Below, piece by piece: positions 40,376-49,875 of a stretch of 64,000 nucleotides of DNA. The notes below the pieces were generated by a model, which was given only the letters and a program-made list of their open reading frames with translations, ran no database searches and was not told where the DNA came from. The position numbers and the translations under genes are program-made. Source of the stretch: a virus; IMG/VR virus record IMGVR_UViG_3300031521_000001. One strand, 5' to 3'. Every line of letters starts with the position of its first letter. Position 1 is the first letter of the stretch.

Positions 40376-42556
40376 ATGTTTAAAAAATTTATTAAAAATG
40401 TAATATATTTTATAATTCAATCTATTGAAAAATATGAATTTAGAAATTTTAATCCTAATGAGGAAGATATAATGAAGAAATTCGTTAATACTATATTCCT
40501 TGATAAAGAAATATTAGTAGAAACAGATTATGGATTTGTTCCAGTGACTGAAATGAATATAACTCAACCATTTCAAATATATAGTCTAGAATTAGAAAAC
40601 GGATTATGGCTTGAAGGCGCTGATACTCATATGATTTTTTGTAAAGATCATAATATAAAAATGTTAATAGATTTGACTACAGATGATTATGTATTAACAA
40701 AAAAAGGAGAAAGTAAAGTCAAAAAAATTTCTAAACTAAAAAACAAAGTGAGTATGTTCGACCTATCTATAGATACTCCTGAAATGAGCTACTACACAAA
40801 TGATATACTTTCTCATAATACAGTTTCTGCAGCCATAGTTTTACTTCATTTCGTGCTATTTAATGATGATAAAGGATGTATGGTAGTGGCAAATAAAGGA
40901 AAAACAGTAAAAGAAATCATACGAAAAATAAAAGATATTTATAAGTTAGTACCATTTTTTCTTAAAAAAGGAGTAACTAACTGGAATGAAACTCAGATTG
41001 CATTTGAAAATAATTCAAGAATTCAAACAGAGAACAGAACTAAAGATCCCTCGATCGGATTTACTATAGATTTTCTTTATCTCGATGAGTTTGCTCACAT
41101 TCCAGATAATTTCATTAGAGATTATTATGGTGCTATTATTCCAGTAGTATCATCAGTTAATAATTCGCATATTGTAATAACATCTACTCCAAATGGATAT
41201 AATATGTTTTGGGAATTATTCACAAATGCTGAATTACCAGAGGATGATCCATTAAAAAATCCATATAAGGCTATGAGAGTCTTATGGAATCAAGTACCAG
41301 GAAGAGAAGACACTAAAATTAAAGTAATGGATGCTAAATTAAAAAAATTCAATATAGCAAAATCTTCTTTATTACGAGAAATAAGAGACAAATATGATAT
41401 TACGTTATACAAAAAAAGCATAGGAGAAGATATGTTTGATTGTGTCGCTTATAATGTGTTGGATGAAAAAACTCACATTGGTAACATAAGAAAGATAAGA
41501 ATAAATGGTATTCCTCTACCCGAATTGGCAGTTGTTAGTAACTGGCAAGAAGAAGAAACTAAATTATTATTATCCTCTGATAAATTTGATCAAGAATATG
41601 GATTACATTTTGTCACAGGAGATAAAATTCTTTTCAACAAAGACACAATTGATTTATTAAAAAGTAAACAATTACCTTTTGATAATATAAATATTAATCA
41701 ATTTGAAAAGTTTAAATTTCCATATGAATCTTTAAAATTTGTAAAAGATTTAAGTCTATTTAATGTTGCGAGATCAAAAGAATACTACACAGTTCTTTCT
41801 ATAGATTTATCAGAGGGACTAGCAAAAGATTTTTCTGTTATAAATATATTCAAATTAGAATTAAGAGATAAAAATGAAATAGAAAAATATGAATACGATA
41901 ACATACAAGATTTATTTAAACTTGAGCAAATAGGACTATTTAGAAACAATTTATACTCAATCAGAGAACTTGCCCATATGCTCTATCTTATTGCATTTGA
42001 GTTATTTGATCCAGAAAAAACTAAAATAGTACTAGAATATAATACATATGGTTCTGAATTATTAGCACATCTTCCTAATGTATTTGATGGTAAAAATAAT
42101 TATTCGAATTCTGTATTTTTAAGATATAAACACAACAGAGAAGATATAGCAGGTAAAATAGGAATGAAATTAAGTAAAGATAAACATCTAATTATTGACA
42201 AGGAATTTCAGCAATCAATTAGAAATAGAAAAATGATATTACACAGTGAGATAAACATAAAGGAAATAACCACTTTTAGTAAGCATGAAACAACATCTGG
42301 TATGATTACATACAAAGCTGAGAGCGGAAACGATGATGTTGTAATGACAACTATAACACTATCCACATGCTTTGATAATATTGGATATAAAAATTTGGTT
42401 GAATTATATGTAAATAATAATATTCAAGGTGATATGCTAAGATATGTTGAGAATATTACTAGTTTATCTGAAAATACATCAGGACTAATTGGAGCACACA
42501 GTAGAATTTACAGACGAAATCCTACTATTTCAGGATCAAGATATCCTGGAAGATAA
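40376..42556 (+). CDS. terL: Split intein C-fragment (aa 1-148, ending HN at 40819) + terminase large subunit remainder
   Basis: LEGADTHMI (block B-like), MFDLSI..YYTNDILSHN|T; then VANKG, LYLDEFAH (Walker B), ITSTPNG, VPGR, FDQEY, SIDLSEG..DFS, NDDVVM. Confidence 0.92.
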   Translation: MFKKFIKNVIYFIIQSIEKYEFRNFNPNEEDIMKKFVNTIFLDKEILVETDYGFVPVTEMNITQPFQIYSLELENGLWLEGADTHMIFCKDHNIKMLIDLTTDDYVLTKKGESKVKKISKLKNKVSMFDLSIDTPEMSYYTNDILSHNTVSAAIVLLHFVLFNDDKGCMVVANKGKTVKEIIRKIKDIYKLVPFFLKKGVTNWNETQIAFENNSRIQTENRTKDPSIGFTIDFLYLDEFAHIPDNFIRDYYGAIIPVVSSVNNSHIVITSTPNGYNMFWELFTNAELPEDDPLKNPYKAMRVLWNQVPGREDTKIKVMDAKLKKFNIAKSSLLREIRDKYDITLYKKSIGEDMFDCVAYNVLDEKTHIGNIRKIRINGIPLPELAVVSNWQEEETKLLLSSDKFDQEYGLHFVTGDKILFNKDTIDLLKSKQLPFDNININQFEKFKFPYESLKFVKDLSLFNVARSKEYYTVLSIDLSEGLAKDFSVINIFKLELRDKNEIEKYEYDNIQDLFKLEQIGLFRNNLYSIRELAHMLYLIAFELFDPEKTKIVLEYNTYGSELLAHLPNVFDGKNNYSNSVFLRYKHNREDIAGKIGMKLSKDKHLIIDKEFQQSIRNRKMILHSEINIKEITTFSKHETTSGMITYKAESGNDDVVMTTITLSTCFDNIGYKNLVELYVNNNIQGDMLRYVENITSLSENTSGLIGAHSRIYRRNPTISGSRYPGR

Positions 42557-42574
42557 AAAACAAAGAGTTTATTT

Positions 42575-42799
42575 TATAAACTCTTTGTTTTTTCTATATC
42601 ATCTTTTGATACTACTTCTACGAAACTTTTATTTTTTATATAGAACTCAACTTCTGTACTACCATTTTGGTATACATATACAACAGTTCCTTTTGTTCCA
42701 GATGGTATAGTGATTGTAAGTTAACTAAATCTTTTTTAGTGTAACTACATCAAGTTCTTCAAAGTTCATATTTTCAAATGTTTTAAAAATTGTTACCAT
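42575..42799 (-). pseudogene. Degenerate DUF4926-like gene
   Basis: MVTIFKTFENMNFEELDVVTL then, in another frame, IPSGTKGTVVYVY..G..EVEF; two frame corrections needed. Confidence 0.4.
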
Positions 42800-42921
42800 A
42801 GTTATTAATTATTTTTAAAGTGCAAATATACAATTGTTTTTTTATATAAAAATAATTTTTTATTTTTAACAAACAATATTCCAAAAACATCATATATTAG
42901 ATAAATTAAAATCAATCAAAA

Positions 42922-43692
42922 ATGGCAATAGCAACAACGATTTCATATAAATTCTCCATGGATTTAACACAATTAGCATTCTTCTTAGAAAAAGTTCATG
43001 ATTTAACCGCAATAGATAATGAAATTCTATTGAAGATAGACAAAGAAAAAATATTATTATATGCTGCTGTTGGCGAGAAAAATAATATTAACGCATTCAA
43101 ATCATACATTTTTAATACTGATGAAATTTTTTCATTTGAAACTGACATAGATCACGAAATAAGATACATTATAGTAAATGCAAAAAAATTCGAAATAACA
43201 CTAAAAAATTATTTAGAATATCAGGAAAACATAAAATGTGAGTTTTCTATGAATGATGATACTTATGTTGATAATTTCAAATTGAAAAATTCAAAATTGA
43301 GATTAAGTATAGTAGGAGGAGATTTTCGTGCAGTAAACACGAATATTGACATGTCAATGATTGCATCTGTCTTAAATAAAGATTTAATTGATTTTCAATT
43401 TTCTCTTGATAAAAACTCATTTTTAAATATTAAAAAAATAGGTGCTATTGACAACGAAAATGATATATTAACATTAAATGTGACTGACAATTCACTCACT
43501 ATTGGTGAAAATAATTGGGATTTAGAAATATGTAAAATTGAGCATGAAGATTTATCTATAACTTTTCCTAAAAAGTATTTCAAATCAATAACTTTCACAG
43601 AAAATGAAATAACAATATATGTTTTTGATACATTCATATTAATAGATAACGCAAACACAACATTATTAATTTCATTAGAATTAATAGTATAA
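42922..43692 (+). CDS. Probable sliding clamp (gp45/PCNA-like)
   Basis: 256 aa with a two-repeat beta/alpha pattern (FSMDLTQL..F / FSLDKNSF..I); no decisive motif. Confidence 0.45.
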   Translation: MAIATTISYKFSMDLTQLAFFLEKVHDLTAIDNEILLKIDKEKILLYAAVGEKNNINAFKSYIFNTDEIFSFETDIDHEIRYIIVNAKKFEITLKNYLEYQENIKCEFSMNDDTYVDNFKLKNSKLRLSIVGGDFRAVNTNIDMSMIASVLNKDLIDFQFSLDKNSFLNIKKIGAIDNENDILTLNVTDNSLTIGENNWDLEICKIEHEDLSITFPKKYFKSITFTENEITIYVFDTFILIDNANTTLLISLELIV

Positions 43693-43695
43693 CCA

Positions 43696-43727
43696 AAAAG
43701 AGAGAAATTTAATTTCTCTCTTTTTTT
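43696..43727. terminator. Bidirectional terminator
   Basis: aaaagagagaaat-tta-atttctctcttttttt. Confidence 0.7.
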
Positions 43728-44146
43728 ATTTCATATAACTTATTCAATTTTATTTTCCTTATCTCCTTAATTGGAAACACGCCTTCAATTTTAGTCATCT
43801 CTGCAGTTTCACTATAATATCCATTAGATTCACCATACCAACGTATTGTTACATATCCTTTTGATGTACCAAATTTATAAAATGTCCAAGTTCCTGATTC
43901 CAACGCATTAGAATCTTTATTACTTGACTCTTCGGCTTGAATCAAATCATAACCTATCAAATCATTCAAATCACCATCTATATCTTCAATGTGAACATAT
44001 TCACTACATTCAGTGTCATGACATTGTTTATAAATAGAACCATTTGATAAATAAAAAGTAATTGAATCTTCTTCTTCACAATCACCTACACATTTATCTA
44101 TCTTAATTATAACCTCACCTATTAATTCATCATATATTGAAATCAT
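43709..44146 (-). CDS. Conserved phage hypothetical protein
   Basis: H..ECSE.V.IEDI.GDL.DLIG, TWTFYK..T.KGYVTIRWYGESNGYYSE. Confidence 0.7.
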   Translation of the reverse strand: MISIYDELIGEVIIKIDKCVGDCEEEDSITFYLSNGSIYKQCHDTECSEYVHIEDIDGDLNDLIGYDLIQAEESSNKDSNALESGTWTFYKFGTSKGYVTIRWYGESNGYYSETAEMTKIEGVFPIKEIRKIKLNKLYEIKKERN

Positions 44147-44151
44147 ACTAA

Positions 44152-45126
44152 TTATTTTAGAGTTATTTTAACAAAATATTCAAATTTTTTAAATTTTCTA
44201 TATAAATAAATATCAGCATCTTCATATAGCCAATTCATAAATTTAGTTACTTGCTTTGCACCAGTTAATCTATTAAATCCAACTTCATTATATCTTACAC
44301 CTGATTTCATATTAACATCTAAATTTTTAGTAATATAATTTTTTATATCATCACAAAAATTAATATTTGATGTTAATGTAAATGTTATATTTCCAATATT
44401 ATTTTTTGGTATACATAAGCAGCCATCACCATCAAAATATCCTCTAATAAAAGATTTATATAAATTTATATTTTTTAATTCTGGTAGCCTTATTTTAAAT
44501 GTTTTATTTCTAACACAACCATTATTAATCAAATCATTTTTCATTATATTAGATACTATTTCAAGTCTATATTGTGGGCCTGAATGATATGCTTTATTTT
44601 TAAAATGAATTATTTCTTTTTCTTTTCTATATCCTAATACAATTTTTCCATATATTATTTTGGATATTTTTTCAAGTATTTCTTTATCTTTTTCATGTAA
44701 TGATATTCCAAACCCATTTTTATTTATATAACCATCAGAATATAATAAACCTAAAATATATGCTTTTTCATTGGTGTCTATATTTTTAAAATAATGTTCA
44801 TTTAAAAAAATATGTTTTCTAGATGATTCACTGAGAGTTTTTAATTTAATATCATTTCTTTTTAATATTCTTTGTACTACACCTCTATTGATATTATATT
44901 TTTCTGATATTTCTTTGTTTGTAATATTATTAGTATAATCAAAAATTATATTATTAACGATAGTAATATTAGTATATCTTTCTTTTAATTTTAAATTGTT
45001 TTCACGTATTATATTTCTAATTGAATGATCACATAATTTATATTTTTCGGCAATAATTTTAATTTTTAAATTATTATTAAAATAATCATCAATAACATAA
45101 TCTTGAATTTCTTTTTTAATTTTCAT
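44152..45126 (-). CDS. LAGLIDADG homing endonuclease with N-terminal HTH repeats
   Basis: KAYILGLLYSDG and FIRGYFDGDGC; LY..A.IYL.RK. Confidence 0.85.
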   Translation of the reverse strand: MKIKKEIQDYVIDDYFNNNLKIKIIAEKYKLCDHSIRNIIRENNLKLKERYTNITIVNNIIFDYTNNITNKEISEKYNINRGVVQRILKRNDIKLKTLSESSRKHIFLNEHYFKNIDTNEKAYILGLLYSDGYINKNGFGISLHEKDKEILEKISKIIYGKIVLGYRKEKEIIHFKNKAYHSGPQYRLEIVSNIMKNDLINNGCVRNKTFKIRLPELKNINLYKSFIRGYFDGDGCLCIPKNNIGNITFTLTSNINFCDDIKNYITKNLDVNMKSGVRYNEVGFNRLTGAKQVTKFMNWLYEDADIYLYRKFKKFEYFVKITLK

Positions 45127-45183
45127 ATTAATTTTTAATCGTATATATTTAAAAATTAATATTGAAAATAGTCCATTTAATGA

Positions 45184-45699
45184 TTACTTAGGTAACGTAA
45201 TATTATATTTTTCAAAAAAGTATAATAAAGCTTCAGCGTTTCCAATACAATCAAAAACAGGATTATGATTATGTTCAGTTTTTCTATGTTTTTTCCATTT
45301 ATAATATAAATTATGCTCTGCACCACAAAATAAATCACCAATTCTACGACTTGACCACCCAAATGGATTACTACCATAATATTTATGAAAATAGAAATTT
45401 ATCCAACTTGCATCATATCCGTTATTATCCGATATTAATATTGGTTTATTTTTTGATACTGATTGTATCCATTCAGCAAAATCTTTCATTACTTTTTCTG
45501 GTTCATCAAAAGTTTCATGTTCTTCTCTACTAAATCCACTAATTTCAAGTGCTTCTGAATCATATTCAGTTGAAATTGGTTTTGTTTTACCATAAAATGT
45601 TTTAGTTAAACCTGGTTCAACTAAAACAGCACCAAAGCAAACCATAGAATTTATACCTATAATTTGTCCATCACTTTCTACATCTACTACTATATACAT
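45184..45699 (-). CDS. DEDDh 3'-5' exonuclease
   Basis: VVDVESDG, SDNNGYD, HNHNPVFD. Confidence 0.8.
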   Translation of the reverse strand: MYIVVDVESDGQIIGINSMVCFGAVLVEPGLTKTFYGKTKPISTEYDSEALEISGFSREEHETFDEPEKVMKDFAEWIQSVSKNKPILISDNNGYDASWINFYFHKYYGSNPFGWSSRRIGDLFCGAEHNLYYKWKKHRKTEHNHNPVFDCIGNAEALLYFFEKYNITLPK

Positions 45700-45708
45700 T
45701 TTTATTTT

Positions 45709-46167
45709 TTATTCTCTATTATATTTTTTATAAGTAGGTAAAGATGGTTTATAATCGGTACCCCATAAATCTGAAGTAATCATAAGATCAGCAGAATGCC
45801 TATTACATGCAACTGGTATATCATGCAATCTACATTGTCGCAGCAACATTTGTATATCAGCTTGATGTGGATTTGCATTTAAATCATCAATTAAAAATAT
45901 ACACAAATCAATTTCATCTTTAACAACCATTGATGCTATTTCTGCATCTCCTCCAAGTGGTCCAGAATTCATCATTATTATTGAAACTCTATCAATATTT
46001 TTAGATTCACAATATTCATCTAAACACTCTTTAATTAATTTACCTGTTGTTCCAGTACAAACCAATTTATTTTTCTGTAATGTTTCAGCATTATATTTAA
46101 CCCACTCGATCATATCTGATTTTCTGTAATCATGAGCAATTAATGCAATCATTTTATCTATTATCAT
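45709..46167 (-). CDS. mgsA: Methylglyoxal synthase
   Basis: IALIAHD, TGTTG, SGPLGGD, PHQADI..LLR.C....IPVACN; start reassigned to the ATG at 46167. Confidence 0.9.
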   Translation of the reverse strand: MIIDKMIALIAHDYRKSDMIEWVKYNAETLQKNKLVCTGTTGKLIKECLDEYCESKNIDRVSIIMMNSGPLGGDAEIASMVVKDEIDLCIFLIDDLNANPHQADIQMLLRQCRLHDIPVACNRHSADLMITSDLWGTDYKPSLPTYKKYNRE

Positions 46168-46198
46168 TTTAATTTTTTTTATGCAAATATACAATTTT

Positions 46199-46663
46199 TT
46201 ATTGATTAAAAAAATTTTTATTGTTATTGTTATTGTTATTGTTATTATCAATTTTTAATTTTGAAAATTCTTCCTCAAATATTATATTTCTTGGAGGCTC
46301 TTCAATGAAAAACATATTAGCCATTTCTTGATTAGAATAACCATTAAGATTTATTTTAATTCCAGAATATGCTACTAAAAATTCTAAATTTTTATTCTCT
46401 TCTGCGAATAAATACAATTTTTTTATTTGATTAATAATATGTTCTGAACTTACTGATGGATGATTATATTTAGTCAAATTCTTTGTTACGATCGCATAAG
46501 ATTGTCCTTGTAAACCATATGCTTGACCATATATCGCACCAAATTTATCTTTTGCTTTAAGAGCAGCACCTTTACCATGTCTTCCTTGTGTATTAGAACC
46601 AAATACATATATCTGATGAGGTTTCAATTTTAATATTTTTCCTTTATAAGTCTTCATATACAA
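46199..46663 (-). CDS. Conserved phage protein (VFGSN..GRHG.GAA family, macro-like)
   Basis: IYVFGSNTQGRHGKGAA..A...FGA.YG...GLQGQSYAI.TK. Confidence 0.75.
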   Translation of the reverse strand: MYMKTYKGKILKLKPHQIYVFGSNTQGRHGKGAALKAKDKFGAIYGQAYGLQGQSYAIVTKNLTKYNHPSVSSEHIINQIKKLYLFAEENKNLEFLVAYSGIKINLNGYSNQEMANMFFIEEPPRNIIFEEEFSKLKIDNNNNNNNNNKNFFNQ

Positions 46664-46736
46664 ATATACAAAAAAAAATTCATAAAAAAAAGAGAATTAT
46701 AAAATAATTCTCTTTTTAACTTTTTTATTCACACGA

Positions 46737-46916
46737 TTACTTTTTAGATGTAGCTTCAACAGATGCTGCTCTATAAGGAGTTACCAATTTTTTAATTTCA
46801 CCAAAAGCTTTTCTAACCTCAGCTTCTGCTGTTTTGTTTCCTTTTGTAATAAATTTTTCGTGTTTTTCTTTTACAATTTCGAATTGTTCAAGAATTTGTG
46901 CATAAATTTCTTCCAT
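46737..46916 (-). CDS. Hc1/histone-H1-like small basic protein
   Basis: KGNKTA...VRKA..EIKKL...YR.ASVE resembles Bacteroidota Hc1-like proteins. Confidence 0.6.
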   Translation of the reverse strand: MEEIYAQILEQFEIVKEKHEKFITKGNKTAEAEVRKAFGEIKKLVTPYRAASVEATSKK

Positions 46917-47041
46917 GATATATTTTGTTTTGTTTTTTATAATCAACTCTTTGATTGATTTTTTAGAGTAAATATCATTTTTTAATAAAGTTTCAATTTT
47001 ATTAAAAAATCAGATTATTAATCTAATATCATTATATATTA

Positions 47042-47692
47042 TTAGTTGATGGTCCTGTTTAATATGTTTTGAATATAAAATAATTTTAATTTCCTTTTAT
47101 ATTTATTATATATTATAATATTTATTATTTTATCACTTTTTTCAATGTTTTTGTCTCTCCATAAAGGCTGAAAATTAGTATAATGATTCAATATAATTAT
47201 TTCATATTCTGTTTTACCTATACTAACAGGAATTATATGATCCAAATGCCATTCACCTTGGTTTAACCAAATCATTCCAGATGTAAACTTTTTTTCTAAA
47301 AAAATTTTAAATTCATCATAAGAACATCCTAATATTTCACATGTTTTTGATTTTTTATTATATCCGCCACGTTTGAAAGATAAATTTATTCTATTTCTAA
47401 TATTAGTAGTTAATTTAAATAAAATATCATTCTTTCTTCTATTTTTTGTGTATTCCCTTCTATATTCTTTAATATGTTCTTTGTTTTTATTATACCACAA
47501 TTTTTTACTTATTTTTATATTTTCTATATTATCTTCATATCTTTTTTTAGTATAATATTTAACATATTCTTTATTATTTTCTCTCCAATTATCAATACGT
47601 TCTTTAGTTTTATCTTTATTATTATCTCTATGTTTTTTATTCCAAATTTTATATTTTTCTTTATTTTGTTCATAGTATGACTTACTTCCCAT
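47042..47692 (-). CDS. HNH-like endonuclease with basic repeat N-terminus
   Basis: KT.EILGCS..EF..FLE, WHLDHIIPVS, NHYTNFQPLW...N..KS. Confidence 0.8.
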   Translation of the reverse strand: MGSKSYYEQNKEKYKIWNKKHRDNNKDKTKERIDNWRENNKEYVKYYTKKRYEDNIENIKISKKLWYNKNKEHIKEYRREYTKNRRKNDILFKLTTNIRNRINLSFKRGGYNKKSKTCEILGCSYDEFKIFLEKKFTSGMIWLNQGEWHLDHIIPVSIGKTEYEIIILNHYTNFQPLWRDKNIEKSDKIINIIIYNKYKRKLKLFYIQNILNRTIN

Positions 47693-47697
47693 CTTAT

Positions 47698-48087
47698 TTA
47701 AAATAGTTTTTTAATAACTTTCAGTTTCTTATTTCTTTCATATTTTAATACATCAGATTCATCAAATGACTTCCTCATATCAGGATATTGATAAATATCA
47801 TACCACTCGCTACCGTCATACTCCCCTCTTTGCATCCAAACACCATCTTCACAAAATATAACACCATACAAATTCTGTCCACCAAATCCATTATCATAAG
47901 TGTGATTCAATGATTCTAAAAAAATATCATAATCAACTTGACTAAACAAAGGCTTCAATTTAATATCACGATAAACACCAATCTCATTATCATGATATTG
48001 AATCTCAGATGCTACCAACTTATAACCTGAAATTATACTCAAAAATTCTTCTTTTGCATTCTTACCTTCTCTTATTACCTTAATCAT
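47698..48087 (-). CDS. Hypothetical phage protein
   Basis: YDNGFGGQNLYG...W..RGEYDGSEW; RxKKL tail. Confidence 0.65.
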   Translation of the reverse strand: MIKVIREGKNAKEEFLSIISGYKLVASEIQYHDNEIGVYRDIKLKPLFSQVDYDIFLESLNHTYDNGFGGQNLYGVIFCEDGVWMQRGEYDGSEWYDIYQYPDMRKSFDESDVLKYERNKKLKVIKKLF

Positions 48088-48088
48088 A

Positions 48089-48880
48089 TCACACTATTAT
48101 TTTATTATCAAATTCTTCTTCAAGAGCATTAATCATTTTTTGCATATTAGCAGAATAAAAACCAGCAGAATTTATACATCCTAACTCAATTATCTTATAC
48201 TCAGGTTTACCATCTATAATAACTTCACAAATATCAATTACAAATGATTTTGCTATCTTATAAATATCAATCATCTCTTTACAAAATTCTAATGCACCAT
48301 CATCAACAACTTCACTTCTATTGATAAAATTACCCATTCTATAAAGACTTCCAGTTACAACTTTATCTTCAACAACCCAAAATCTAAATTCTTTTGTTAT
48401 TTTTTTAACAGAACAAACTTGAATTTCAGTATCTTTTGTTAATGATGTTTCATATTCACCATTTAAACAACCATCTCTAAATTCTAACCATTCATACATA
48501 TCAAACACCTTTCCAGTGAATGTTTTTGTGTCTTCACAAGGTCTTGCAAAAAATAAATCAGTTCTATTAATATCATCTCCAAATTTTTGAACTACAGAGT
48601 CATAATTCAATAAATTATCCTTGTAATATTTACTATAAACTCTATAATCATGATTCTCATTTAATTGAGATCCAGGAAACCATTCATATTTTTTTGCTAA
48701 CCTTGCCATTTTAACAGAACCAAAACAAAAAACATCCTTTCTATCAGTCTTAAATTCAAAATCTTCTACAAATGGTAAAACCTTAACTATCTCATAAGAT
48801 AAATTCATTCTATCTAATGTTTCAACTAAATTATAATAATTCTCTTCCTTGAAAGTGTTTTCTTGTATTACGTAGTACAT
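48089..48880 (-). CDS. ATP-grasp protein (DUF4343/R2K-like)
   Basis: FARPCEDTK.FTG, EFRFWVV...VVTGSLY, FVIDIC, IIELGCINSAGFY. Confidence 0.8.
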   Translation of the reverse strand: MYYVIQENTFKEENYYNLVETLDRMNLSYEIVKVLPFVEDFEFKTDRKDVFCFGSVKMARLAKKYEWFPGSQLNENHDYRVYSKYYKDNLLNYDSVVQKFGDDINRTDLFFARPCEDTKTFTGKVFDMYEWLEFRDGCLNGEYETSLTKDTEIQVCSVKKITKEFRFWVVEDKVVTGSLYRMGNFINRSEVVDDGALEFCKEMIDIYKIAKSFVIDICEVIIDGKPEYKIIELGCINSAGFYSANMQKMINALEEEFDNKIIV

Positions 48881-48947
48881 TTTTTAATATTTTATATGTT
48901 TATTACCTATCTAAAAAATCAGATTTTGTTTATTAATATATACTATT

Positions 48948-49688
48948 ATGAAAACAAAATTTGAAATTTTTATAAATGAACATATATCACCTGATAGAAC
49001 ACGCTCATTAAAATATAAGACAGAACTACCACTAAATAATGAAATATTTATAAACGCTGTTGAGAATACAGTAGGAGCAAAAATATTAGATGAAGGACTA
49101 TTATTAAATGTTGTTCGTTACCAAAAACCAGAACAAGACGGAGAAACATCAATAAGAACTGGTGTATTCTATCTACCAATAGAAGAAAAAAATGTCAAAG
49201 AATATCGTGGAGGAAAAAGTGGGTATGGAGGAACAGATAAACACGAAGGTGAAATTCTATTAAAAAATCCACTATTTATAAAAGGCGCAACTGGAGGTAA
49301 ACTTTCTGAAAATGCATATGAAAAAATTAACGGAAAAGGTGCTACCAATGAATTAAAAGATTCTATATTCAAAACTGCAATTAAATACAATCCTCAACCA
49401 GAAGATGTTGCTGATGTACTAACTAAATATAATAAAGATTCTAATTATGATGAAAATTGTGATTTAGGATATGATATAATAAGACATAGTAGACAACACA
49501 ACACACTCAGATACGCAATACAAGAAAATATAATAGCAAATTCTGTTAGAGATGCTGGATATGATTCAATTTTAGGATATAGTAGAAGAAAAAATGGAGA
49601 TTATTACATATCTGAAATATTTGATGTCAGAGAACTAACATATCCATCTAATGAGTGGGAAGCTGATATACATAGTAAATATCTATGA
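48948..49688 (+). CDS. Hypothetical protein with CTS-like N-terminus (MKTKFEIFINE)
   Basis: ORF; KNPLFI and AGYDSI motifs; upstream TAATATATA. Confidence 0.6.
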   Translation: MKTKFEIFINEHISPDRTRSLKYKTELPLNNEIFINAVENTVGAKILDEGLLLNVVRYQKPEQDGETSIRTGVFYLPIEEKNVKEYRGGKSGYGGTDKHEGEILLKNPLFIKGATGGKLSENAYEKINGKGATNELKDSIFKTAIKYNPQPEDVADVLTKYNKDSNYDENCDLGYDIIRHSRQHNTLRYAIQENIIANSVRDAGYDSILGYSRRKNGDYYISEIFDVRELTYPSNEWEADIHSKYL

Positions 49689-49692
49689 TTTG

Positions 49693-49765
49693 TGCTCCTG
49701 GTGAGAATCGAACTCACAACCTTTTCCTTAAGAGGGAATAGCTCAACCAATTAAGCTACAAGAGC
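49693..49765 (-). tRNA. tRNA-Lys(CTT)
   Basis: Cloverleaf; anticodon loop CTCTTAA; T-arm GTGAG-TTCGATT-CTCAC. Confidence 0.85.
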
Positions 49766-49875
49766 ATTTTTGATGTCAAAAAAGATTACAAAGGTTGTCA
49801 ACCTTTACTGAGGACTAATCAGCTACTATCGGAATCGAACCAAGGCTTCCAGCACTTCATAAATACTCTTTTTCT

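Noticed and set aside
38596-40376. Group I/II intron or ribosomal bypass joining the terL halves
   Set aside because: The gap is almost entirely an antisense ORF with a terminator and leaves no room for a ribozyme core; 1.8 kb is far beyond known hopping; intein ends explain the junction exactly
46168-46251. N-terminal ITITITI extension on MgsA and poly-Asn tail on its neighbour
   Set aside because: Product of a 6-bp microsatellite; the true mgsA start is probably 46167
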